A stretch of 47,216 nt of DNA from Nitrososphaerales archaeon (GTDB lineage Archaea; Thermoproteota; Nitrososphaeria; Nitrososphaerales; JACPRH01), in NCBI GenBank assembly GCA_030754585.1, contig JASMAB010000004.1, positions 1 to 47,216 of the forward strand, written 5' to 3'. A program made the translations under genes and the position numbers. Below, in pieces: positions 39,177 to 47,216 of this stretch (the first letter of the stretch is position 1; each line of letters opens with the position of its first letter). The notes under the pieces were generated by a model that was not told the origin of the DNA, ran no database searches, and saw nothing but the letters and a program-made list of their open reading frames with translations.

Positions 39177-39683
39177 TTAAGGAGCTGGAGCATAACGGCT
39201 AAGATCTGCTCCTTCTGGAATGGGTATATGACAGTCGAAGCATCGGCTTTGGAGGGCCTCTCTAGCAATGCCAAATTGAAACTTATGTTCCAAATGGCAA
39301 TTTGTACATCTTACTCCAATATGAGGACCTTCCTGATGGGCGTCAACCTCTTGTAAATACGAAGCCCAATCCCAGTTAAATTTAGTGCTGGAACCGTTAT
39401 CACGACGATAGTCATCCTCATGACAAGTCAGGCAATCTTTATCTTTAATAGGACTGGAATATTGATGACAGTTCATACAAGTGACGTCTCCATTACTGTG
39501 TGATGAATTTTTGTATCCTTCTACATATGGAACTTCGCCATGACAATTGGCACAGGTTTCTGAATCTGAACTATAAGCTATGCCCCCCACAGATAACGAT
39601 GAAGCAATTGAAATTGTGATTAAAGCAATAATAACTACTAAAGAGATAATGCCAGCTATCTGCAAAATGTTACCGTTTTTCAA
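39177..39683 (-). CDS. Membrane-anchored pentaheme cytochrome c (NapC/NrfH-like N-terminus)
   Basis: Five CxxCH motifs (CANCH, CMNCH, CLTCH, CTNCH, CFDCH), extra His residues and one N-terminal TM. TTG start at 39683 follows GAGGT and avoids overlap with the divergent gene. Confidence 0.88.
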   Translation of the reverse strand: MKNGNILQIAGIISLVVIIALITISIASSLSVGGIAYSSDSETCANCHGEVPYVEGYKNSSHSNGDVTCMNCHQYSSPIKDKDCLTCHEDDYRRDNGSSTKFNWDWASYLQEVDAHQEGPHIGVRCTNCHLEHKFQFGIAREALQSRCFDCHIPIPEGADLSRYAPAP

Positions 39684-39787
39684 CCCAATACCTCTACTAT
39701 AATATTGAGATTTGTATATATTAAAGATATATGTCTTTCTTAGAAATAATAAAAGAGTTATAACAGGTAATTCTTTGATTAAAGATA

Positions 39788-40606
39788 ATGTTGCACGATA
39801 TACTTCAAATTTCAGGAGTTCCGTTTCGTATTGATGATTTTCTTGCATTATCTATAATTTTCGCTGCAATATTTGGTATTGTTATTCACTTCATAAGAGA
39901 GATAGTGTTTGGAAGACGAGGGAAACGGTGGGATATGAAATTTGATGAGGTTGAAAGGTATAGTAAGGTACAGATTGTTGTTCATTGGCTATTTCTAATA
40001 TTTCTATTCGCTCTTCTTATAACAGGCATAATTATCTTCAAAATTGATTATTTCAATACAGTATATCCTCCAATAGGAGAAATGGGTCTCAGAATGTTAG
40101 TTGCTTATCATTGGTATTTTTCAATCGCATTATTGGATTTAGCAATTTTTCACATTATATATGATTCAATTATCATACGCAAATATGATAATTTTTGGTT
40201 TACTCGAGTTGATATTCATAATTTAAAGACGATTGTACGAAACTTCTTTGGTGTGTCACAGGAATATCCAAGAATACAAAAGCTTCACCCTATGCAAAAG
40301 ATCTTTCATTTTGGTTTGGCTATCACAGTCTTTCTGTTAGGGTTTACAGGGCTGACGATATGGGAACCATTTCTTATCTTTACCCGCAATATAGGATTAG
40401 GACCTATAGAAAGCTGGTTATATATCCAAAACAGCAGATATCTGCATGATGTATTCACATTTGTCCTTATATCTTTGATGATTGGGCATTTCTACTTCAG
40501 CGTATTAATACCTACCAACTGGAAAGTCTTCAGAGGAATGACTCACGGAAAACTAGACTTAAAGTCCATTGAGGAAAATAAAAAAGATAATTCAAAAAAG
40601 AAGTAA
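39788..40606 (+). CDS. Cytochrome b, FdnI/Ni-hydrogenase b-type
   Basis: His residues in TM helices: 'VERYS..QIVVHW', 'YHWY', 'K.HPMQKIFH', 'YLHD' and 'GHFYF...M..G'. Confidence 0.85.
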   Translation: MLHDILQISGVPFRIDDFLALSIIFAAIFGIVIHFIREIVFGRRGKRWDMKFDEVERYSKVQIVVHWLFLIFLFALLITGIIIFKIDYFNTVYPPIGEMGLRMLVAYHWYFSIALLDLAIFHIIYDSIIIRKYDNFWFTRVDIHNLKTIVRNFFGVSQEYPRIQKLHPMQKIFHFGLAITVFLLGFTGLTIWEPFLIFTRNIGLGPIESWLYIQNSRYLHDVFTFVLISLMIGHFYFSVLIPTNWKVFRGMTHGKLDLKSIEENKKDNSKKK

Positions 40607-40843
40607 TTTCTCAACCCAGAATATATAACAAAAAAATGTTTTTGGGAAAATGAAGATATTAACCTCAAAAATAATTGGAATAATCTGATATCTATGCATG
40701 CAATACTAAACGTTATTATGCATAATTAATTTATAGAGAAAAGGGATTTCTATTTGTTCCCTTGATCTAGAAATTAAGAGTAAAATTGCAACTGCGGCTA
40801 GTAAAGAATATCTATATATCCTATTCATTACCACATTTAATAG

Positions 40844-41500
40844 ATGCATAAAAACGCTGTAATTTTGGCAGTTATTGTTATTTTTATAGGGTTGAACATA
40901 TCTATAGGATACATAGCTTTTGCGGCCGAGCCAGATTACATTATCTCTATGGTGCCCAACGTTAACTCTGTTTATCGAGGAAATTCCCTTTCATATGATT
41001 TAACTCTCACTTCCATAAGGGATTTTGAGTCCAAGATAGATGTAAAAGTTAATGATGTACCTGAAGGCGTTGATGTGGTTGTTGAAAGTAAAGGTGCCAT
41101 GCTTTCAAGTGAAGAGGATCTAATTTTTAAGGTAAATGTAAAAGTAGATTCAGAAGCTCCTGCGGGCCTTTATGATATTGTAATTGAAGCAAATGGCAAC
41201 GGACTAGTTCGTTCTGCTACATCGCAGTTAAACATTATCGGTACAGACCAAATAATAGTAGTTATAGAGGATTTCTGGTATTTTCCTAACAATTTGACAA
41301 TTAGGGCTGGTAGTGAGGTGATATGGGTCAACAAGGATTTTGCTGCACACACTGCTACAGCTAATAATGGTGAGTTTGATACCAAATTACTCCAGCAAAA
41401 TCAAGTTTCTTTGGCGATAGTTTTTGATAAGGTTGGGATATATCCTTGGTTTTGTGTTCCTCATCCTCAAATGGTAGGAGCAGTAAAGGTTGTAGAATAA
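40844..41500 (+). CDS. Secreted Ig-like domain fused to a type-1 blue copper (plastocyanin/amicyanin-like) domain
   Basis: Signal peptide and Cu ligands in 'AAHTATA' and 'WFCVPHPQM'. Confidence 0.88.
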   Translation: MHKNAVILAVIVIFIGLNISIGYIAFAAEPDYIISMVPNVNSVYRGNSLSYDLTLTSIRDFESKIDVKVNDVPEGVDVVVESKGAMLSSEEDLIFKVNVKVDSEAPAGLYDIVIEANGNGLVRSATSQLNIIGTDQIIVVIEDFWYFPNNLTIRAGSEVIWVNKDFAAHTATANNGEFDTKLLQQNQVSLAIVFDKVGIYPWFCVPHPQMVGAVKVVE

Positions 41501-41513
41501 TCATTCTGTTTCT

Positions 41514-41945
41514 TTATCCTTTTTCTTCAACAACAACATATGCTCTCATATCTTCGTGTCCTATACCACAATAAAAGATGCAATAAAACTCGAATTTCCC
41601 AACTTTATCAGCTGTAAATTCAATAGTTTCAGTTTGATTAGGTGAAACATTTGATGTAATATTCCATGCTTCTAAGTAAAATCCATGTGGAACATCTATG
41701 CTAGTTAAGTGGATTATCACATTATCACCTTCAAGAACTCTTATTTCTGTAGGATAATATTCCCACATTAAAGCTGTAACATAGAAAACTTTTGTATCTT
41801 CTTCTCCAAGAACTGGAAATCTAGATGTCTCATTCCAATATACAACTCCATATACAGCTAACATTATTATGATTAATATGAATATGCTCATGAAACGTTC
41901 GACCCAGCTTTTCTTAACTTTAGTCTGCTTTCCCAATCTAATCAC
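41514..41945 (-). CDS. Single-TM CuA-type cupredoxin (cytochrome oxidase subunit II/NosZ C-domain-like)
   Basis: 'DVPHGF' and 'CIFYCGIGHEDM'. Likely start is GTG 41945 or TTG 41936 rather than 41972. Confidence 0.85.
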   Translation of the reverse strand: MIRLGKQTKVKKSWVERFMSIFILIIIMLAVYGVVYWNETSRFPVLGEEDTKVFYVTALMWEYYPTEIRVLEGDNVIIHLTSIDVPHGFYLEAWNITSNVSPNQTETIEFTADKVGKFEFYCIFYCGIGHEDMRAYVVVEEKG

Positions 41946-41946
41946 T

Positions 41947-43356
41947 TTAGATATAGAACCATACATACACAATTGCTATAGCTGTTGTTAGTATTGCAAA
42001 AGGAATTAATGCTCTCACTGCTTGTTTCCTATTAGGATATATTGCAATCAATGAATTATATCCTACTTTCAGAGATAACAAGACACCTGATAATGCAAAA
42101 GCTACTTCTGCGATCGGGATAGGTAATGCGATCGGCATCCAAGGAAGATGTGTTGTTCCCAACAGATTCCAACCTGCACCAAATGGATCTGAAAGAACAA
42201 CCGGAATGTATGACCATTCTATCATAAGGAGTGAAAAGTTGAAACCTACCCAAAGCATCAGTCCTAATGGGATATAGGCATAAGCATAGTTTACAAAAAG
42301 TCTCTTTGTCGAGATGTCTTTAGTCCCTGATAATAGTTTGGACCCCATTGAAGCTAATAAATGTAATCCAGGTATAATTCCCAGCACAATATCAATAATT
42401 AAGATTATGTAAAAAAAGTGTTGAACCATACCAACAGAATTAGTATAGAGCAGAAGGTCTCCCCAGCTTTTTATCCATGCCCAGGGGCCAAATAAAACGG
42501 CTGTATATACCAATGGAAATGCTAGTAAAATTAGGGCTCTCCATGCCTCATCTGGCTTCCTTCGCATAGATTCTGATTTTAATTCTGCCCCAAAAGGTCT
42601 GGCATTAAGAGCTATATTGTCGCGTGGGCAAGTCTTAAAACATTCCGTACAAAGGCCGCAGTCAATGTTTGAGACCATATTTTGTGGGAATTCGAACCAA
42701 GGACACCCATATCCATTCTCACTTCCAGAATAACATTCTTTTTCACATCCACCCTCTGAAGTTGGTGTAAGACAAATATTCCTATCTTTCACCCTAACTT
42801 CAATAGGAGAGTAAGCTGAATATAACCCAATGAAGAGACCAGGTGGACATAAATAACGACAGAAACTTCTTCGAGGAAAGAGAATGAAGGTCACGGTTGC
42901 ACCTGTGATCAGCATAATTACCGCTATTGCTGTTACGAATGGTTGAGTTACTAGTACTACCATCCAAATCCCGAAGAAGATAAAGATAAAAATCTGGAGC
43001 CAAACATTTTGTAATATCTTTGGCCATCTTAAATTCATAAGTTTGGAGCTTCCAAATCTTTTCCATAGCTTTCTCTGAATCAGCTCTCCAGGCCAGACTA
43101 TTGGACATAAGAAACACCAACTTCGTCCAAGAAATGGTACTAAGAGTAGAGCAAGCAGAACAGACCAGAGTATCCAAGTGAATACTACCGAGAAGTTTTT
43201 GGCTCCTGAGCTTATTCCGATTATTCCAGTAACTGCTACGAATATGAAGGGAGCAAAGGCCAAAAGTGTTGCAATGGGTTGAAGATTTCTGCTAAGAATA
43301 ATGCGTTTGAGTAACTTATTCTTTAGGAGATTACGTCTCTTATATGGTTGCTCCAT
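41947..43356 (-). CDS. NapH/NosR/MauN-like polytopic membrane 4Fe-4S protein
   Basis: Motifs 'GRSWCFLCP', 'RSFCRYLCP', a Cys cluster ending GCPW and 'CGLCTECFKTCP'; many TM helices. Confidence 0.88.
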   Translation of the reverse strand: MEQPYKRRNLLKNKLLKRIILSRNLQPIATLLAFAPFIFVAVTGIIGISSGAKNFSVVFTWILWSVLLALLLVPFLGRSWCFLCPIVWPGELIQRKLWKRFGSSKLMNLRWPKILQNVWLQIFIFIFFGIWMVVLVTQPFVTAIAVIMLITGATVTFILFPRRSFCRYLCPPGLFIGLYSAYSPIEVRVKDRNICLTPTSEGGCEKECYSGSENGYGCPWFEFPQNMVSNIDCGLCTECFKTCPRDNIALNARPFGAELKSESMRRKPDEAWRALILLAFPLVYTAVLFGPWAWIKSWGDLLLYTNSVGMVQHFFYIILIIDIVLGIIPGLHLLASMGSKLLSGTKDISTKRLFVNYAYAYIPLGLMLWVGFNFSLLMIEWSYIPVVLSDPFGAGWNLLGTTHLPWMPIALPIPIAEVAFALSGVLLSLKVGYNSLIAIYPNRKQAVRALIPFAILTTAIAIVYVWFYI

Positions 43357-43830
43357 CTAATCCTCTTTCCTCATCCAAACATATGCAATGAATGAAACAG
43401 ATAACCCTGAAATAACAAAAAAGCTTCCAATAAATCGGAGGTTAGGCTGGACCTCCAGTTGAGCCATCATGAATGGATGTAAAGACCCACATATCGTAGA
43501 ACAGTGTATCCTAAACATCCCCATTCTATCAGCCACAAATGATACAGTTTCAGGTGAACCAGGGGTTATGAAATCCTGTCTCACTTCGTAATCCTCTATA
43601 TAAAATCCATGAATTGCATCTACAGACTCTATTGTGATAACTACAATATCCCCTTGATTCACAACTAATCTCGCAGGTTCAAACCCGAATCTAAACGCTT
43701 TCAAGGTAAATTGCTTTACATAACTATCCTGCTGTTGAGCTGCAGCGAGACCCATACCCACTGTTCCCACTGCAATTCCAATTACAATCAATACTAGTAA
43801 CATTTTATGCCGATTCAATAGATCTATCAA
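43357..43830 (-). CDS. CuA-type cupredoxin with N- and C-terminal hydrophobic helices
   Basis: 'DAIHGF' and 'CSTICGSLHPFM'. Its stop codon abuts the start of the NapH-like gene. Confidence 0.85.
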   Translation of the reverse strand: MIDLLNRHKMLLVLIVIGIAVGTVGMGLAAAQQQDSYVKQFTLKAFRFGFEPARLVVNQGDIVVITIESVDAIHGFYIEDYEVRQDFITPGSPETVSFVADRMGMFRIHCSTICGSLHPFMMAQLEVQPNLRFIGSFFVISGLSVSFIAYVWMRKED

Positions 43831-44136
43831 TTACCTGAAAGTCAGTATCAGAGCTTCCTTATGGAATAAATAAATAGATTTATGGATAGAAAAACCTATT
43901 GATAATCAGTCCTTTCAGCCGACCGGTGCCGATAAATAAGTACCTAACCACCTTTTTTTCTTGGTTTTATTTTACTACACTAAGTGTTTTATTGTGGAAT
44001 AACTAGGAGTAAATACTCTAAACTGATTTAAAACTAAAAATTGAGACTAAAATTTGTTCTCACTGTCCTACTGCCAGCCCAAGAGCGCCTTTGTCTAAGC
44101 ACTTTAATACATTAACCATCTAACATTACTTCACTA

Positions 44137-45594
44137 TTGTTCCTTGGAAGACAGGCTGTTATCAGGACTCTTGCAGAATACTGCTTAGTAATCACTCTAC
44201 TCGCCGGGGGTTTCACGCTGTACTATTGGATTTTTACCAGAGGACCAATTATGCCGGGGATTGATGGACCATACTATCTGATCCAAGTTAGAAGTATCCT
44301 CGAGACAGGTGTGATGATATATGATGATCCACCTTTAACATTCTACCTATTCGCCCTCTTCTCCAAGTTTCTAGGAGATGTGTATAATGGAGTGATAATA
44401 GGAGTATCAGCCCTAGCCGCCCTCTCAGCTGTCCCAATCTATTTTTTCGTGCGGAAAGTCACAGGGAGTAAACTATCGGCTATAGCGTCCATCATCCTCT
44501 TCATCTACTCCGCATATCATGTGAGACTGGTCGCAGATCTCATGAAGAATGCTGTGGGAGTACTATTCCTAGCAGGTTTTATTTATTATCTTCACGACAC
44601 CGCATTTAACGGGTACAGAAAAAGAAGCCTCATTCTTTCCATCATCTTTTTGACACTCACCACCCTCACCCATATACTCGATCTAGGAGTCGCTATCCTC
44701 TTTCTCATCCTCTACACTATCCTGATACCTCTTTTTCAGAGGAGGAAACGGTTCTTGAAATCTGCGGGTATCATGTGGTCGTTTCTCATCACCCTACTCT
44801 TCGTAGGCAGCATGGTCACACCATTCTACTTCACCGACATTGGAAAAGGAATAGCCTTCGCAGAAGACCTGCTTCAACCCAACCCATCCTCACAAACAGG
44901 GCCACAACTCCCTCCACCTAGAGAACAAGCCCCACCACCTGGAGGACAAGCCCTCCCACGTCGAAACCGGTCTGACATCTTGAATGACCGAATGTGGTGG
45001 GCCATTCCCTTCCTTATTGCAGGGGCAGTAATGTCAGGCAAAGAGCTGATTGAGGGAAACAAGCAGAAGGCGACTGTCCTGATAGTGGCGACAACAGTTG
45101 GAATGCTTCTTATTCTGCCGTTCATACCGCAAAAATGGCTCTGGCGCTTCACACTCATGGAGTTTATCCCCTTATCAATAATTTTTGGATTGATATTGTC
45201 CAGAGTAAAGAAGAAGACGATAATTATAATCCTCTGCGTATTCATACTTACACCTGTAGGCATACAGGCAGTTCAGGCTGTAGATTCTATTCCAGAAAAA
45301 TCCATAACCGAAGAGGGATACAGAGATCTGGAGGCGATGAAAAGTATGGTGCCTTCAGACTCTGTTATAGTAGTATCCAACAAAGGGGTCGCTTACTGGG
45401 TGGAATACCTTCTTCGAGTCGAGACTATAACCGGCCTTTCTCCCAGCTTAGACACCAATTATGAAAACATATTCATCATATCTGACTCGAGGATAAGGCG
45501 TCCTCTACCTCCTCAGACTCAACTAATCTATAGCGGCGAGGAAATGATATTGGGCAAGATTACTGATAGATTACCTGAACCTCCTAGAGGATAA
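44137..45594 (+). CDS. GT-C-fold (PMT/GT39-like) membrane glycosyltransferase-like protein
   Basis: First external loop 'DGPYY...YDDPPL', many TM helices, a Pro-rich loop and a C-terminal soluble domain. Confidence 0.65.
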   Translation: MFLGRQAVIRTLAEYCLVITLLAGGFTLYYWIFTRGPIMPGIDGPYYLIQVRSILETGVMIYDDPPLTFYLFALFSKFLGDVYNGVIIGVSALAALSAVPIYFFVRKVTGSKLSAIASIILFIYSAYHVRLVADLMKNAVGVLFLAGFIYYLHDTAFNGYRKRSLILSIIFLTLTTLTHILDLGVAILFLILYTILIPLFQRRKRFLKSAGIMWSFLITLLFVGSMVTPFYFTDIGKGIAFAEDLLQPNPSSQTGPQLPPPREQAPPPGGQALPRRNRSDILNDRMWWAIPFLIAGAVMSGKELIEGNKQKATVLIVATTVGMLLILPFIPQKWLWRFTLMEFIPLSIIFGLILSRVKKKTIIIILCVFILTPVGIQAVQAVDSIPEKSITEEGYRDLEAMKSMVPSDSVIVVSNKGVAYWVEYLLRVETITGLSPSLDTNYENIFIISDSRIRRPLPPQTQLIYSGEEMILGKITDRLPEPPRG

Positions 45595-45765
45595 GACAGG
45601 AGACTGCATTTATTTATGATATCAAAAGACATTATACAGGAAATTTACGAGAATCTGTTTTTTACCCCTAATTCTAGAATATCTTGCAAGAGTTTTTAGG
45701 TTTGGATTTACTAGTTATCTCTATAGAAGTATTCATATATCATTTATAATGTCATATCAAAAGAA

Positions 45766-46977
45766 TTGATTAGTAAATCTTTAACGATTGTTGCAGTGAT
45801 CGGTATTATTGCGATTGCTTTTTCTGGTGTGAATAGTTATCTTTTGTATAATCATCTTCAATCAGAACAAGATTTACAGGATATTATAGATGAGATGAAT
45901 AGTAAAATCAATCCAGTTGAATCTGAACAATCATCTTTAAGCAATCAGATTTCAGATATTCTTGAAGCCCTTAGTTCAGATAATGATGAATTAAGAGAAA
46001 TAATAGAATCTCTTCAAACACAATCTCCTAAAGATGTCTATGAGACAGTTCATAAGTCAGTAGTAGTCGTTAGAACAGATTCAGGGCAAGGTTCAGGATT
46101 TTTATTTGGGGCATCAGATGATAATTATATCTTAACGAATTGGCATGTAATTGAAGGTGCATCAGAGATTGAGGTTGAATTTTATGATCGAACAATAAGT
46201 AATGCTGTTCTAATAGGAACTGATGCGTATTCTGATGTTGCTGTAATTATGTCTGAAAAAACTCCTATTGATTCTAAGCCTTTGCGATTAGTTAATTCTT
46301 CAAATCTCAGTATTGGGCAACAATTAGTTGCGATAGGCAACCCTCTTGGGAGAGAAGGATCTTTATCATCAGGGATAGTTAGCCAAATAAATATGAAACT
46401 TAACTTGGAAGAGGTACCTATTCTTGTTCCTGTTATTCAGATAGACCTTACAATAGCTCCGGGTAATTCTGGAGGTCCACTTTTAGACCTCAATGGAAAT
46501 GTGGTAGGTATAACTAATGCAGGAACCGATTATGGCTTTAATTTTGCAATTCCTTCAAATATAGTTAGTCGAGTATCTTCTTCAATAATTGAAAAGGGCT
46601 ATTATAACCACGCATTAGTTGGAATTACCCAGATCACTTTAACCCCTGAGAATATACAGACAAATAATATGAAAAATATTAAATCATCCCAGAAAGGGAT
46701 GTTGATAATTTCTGTTATAGAAGGGATGCCTGCTGAAGATGCAGGACTTATTCCCGCTATCATTACTTATAATGATGATGGTTCAATTAATCAGATAGAT
46801 GCACAAGATATCATATTGGCAATCGATAATCACACGATTATTGATGATATAGACTGGCAAGTGTATGTGGCAGAACATGTATCACCAGGTCAAGATGTAA
46901 TCTTAACTATATTGAGATCTGGTGAAATCATTTACATTGAAGTTACTCCAACAGTTAGAGAACAGTATCAAGAATAA
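45766..46977 (+). CDS. htrA: Membrane-anchored HtrA/DegP serine protease with coiled-coil stalk and PDZ domain
   Basis: Catalytic triad motifs LTNWHV, SDVAVI and PGNSGGP, plus a C-terminal PDZ domain. Confidence 0.93.
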   Translation: MISKSLTIVAVIGIIAIAFSGVNSYLLYNHLQSEQDLQDIIDEMNSKINPVESEQSSLSNQISDILEALSSDNDELREIIESLQTQSPKDVYETVHKSVVVVRTDSGQGSGFLFGASDDNYILTNWHVIEGASEIEVEFYDRTISNAVLIGTDAYSDVAVIMSEKTPIDSKPLRLVNSSNLSIGQQLVAIGNPLGREGSLSSGIVSQINMKLNLEEVPILVPVIQIDLTIAPGNSGGPLLDLNGNVVGITNAGTDYGFNFAIPSNIVSRVSSSIIEKGYYNHALVGITQITLTPENIQTNNMKNIKSSQKGMLIISVIEGMPAEDAGLIPAIITYNDDGSINQIDAQDIILAIDNHTIIDDIDWQVYVAEHVSPGQDVILTILRSGEIIYIEVTPTVREQYQE

Positions 46978-47216
46978 ACTATTACTATTTTCTGAATTAT
47001 GTATTAGACTCATTAAAGATATGTGTGGGGAACATTATGTTGGATTATGCGAATGTATTTATCGAATCCCTTTTTAATCAATAATGCTATTCAAGAGTAG
47101 CAAACCCCAGTGGACTCGCCTAATCATCATTATGTTGTAGTTCCCAATTCGTAATGGCTTCATTTGGGGATACTGTGGATATTATGAAGTCTTTTAAACA
47201 ACCATTTGAGAGTTTA

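Noticed and set aside
39684-39848. 55-aa N-terminal extension of the cytochrome c overlapping the cytochrome b gene
   Set aside because: It runs through the AT-rich promoter and antisense to the next gene. The TTG at 39683 has an SD-like motif and directly precedes the TM helix.
26002-40726. Short AT-rich palindromes upstream of genes (ATAGATATATCTAT at 26002-26015; ATTATGCATAAT at 40715-40726) as a shared operator
   Set aside because: They do not share a consensus and are plausible by chance in very AT-rich intergenic DNA.
296-45464. Numerous antisense or nested ORFs of 60-160 aa in the ORF track (for example 2550-2996, 22214-22663, 27994-28452, 37494-37979, 44874-45263)
   Set aside because: They are shadows of well-supported genes on the opposite strand or in another frame and carry no independent motifs.
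46978-47216. Possible gene fragment at the right edge
   Set aside because: The frames examined are interrupted by stops and show no recognisable motif.

Overview
Archaeal genomic window, AT-rich, with TATA/BRE-like promoters and many TTG starts. Gene content and order suggest Nitrososphaerota (Thaumarchaeota) or a related TACK lineage; this assignment is an inference. The first ~11 kb is core housekeeping: a partial PAC2 chaperone gene, rtcB, an asnB-like gene, hel308-mcm-gins, the RFC small subunit and hisS. Next comes a tRNA-Ile(GAU) gene interrupted by three non-canonical bulge-helix-bulge (BHB) introns. It is followed by a CysRS paralog that lacks the anticodon domain, starts at CTG and is coupled to a GNAT acetyltransferase, an arrangement resembling MshC/MshD. 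After nth, a decayed MBL-fold gene and an MFS transporter, a ~30 kb accessory region encodes mostly extracytoplasmic and membrane proteins. These include surface proteins, two NosF/NosY-like ABC pairs without NosD, a PQQ-dehydrogenase remnant, a Tat-exported sugar-binding protein and an orphan cooT-cooC-cooC cassette. Two mirror-arranged CUT1 ABC modules enclose two ligand-swapped cupredoxins and a catalytically dead alpha/beta hydrolase. A redox block follows: decayed polyferredoxin, pentaheme cytochrome c, cytochrome b, a blue-copper protein and a CuA/NapH-like/CuA operon. The window ends with a GC-shifted GT-C glycosyltransferase and HtrA. No integrase, transposase, CRISPR array or rRNA was seen. 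All family calls come from motif recognition by eye, not database searches.
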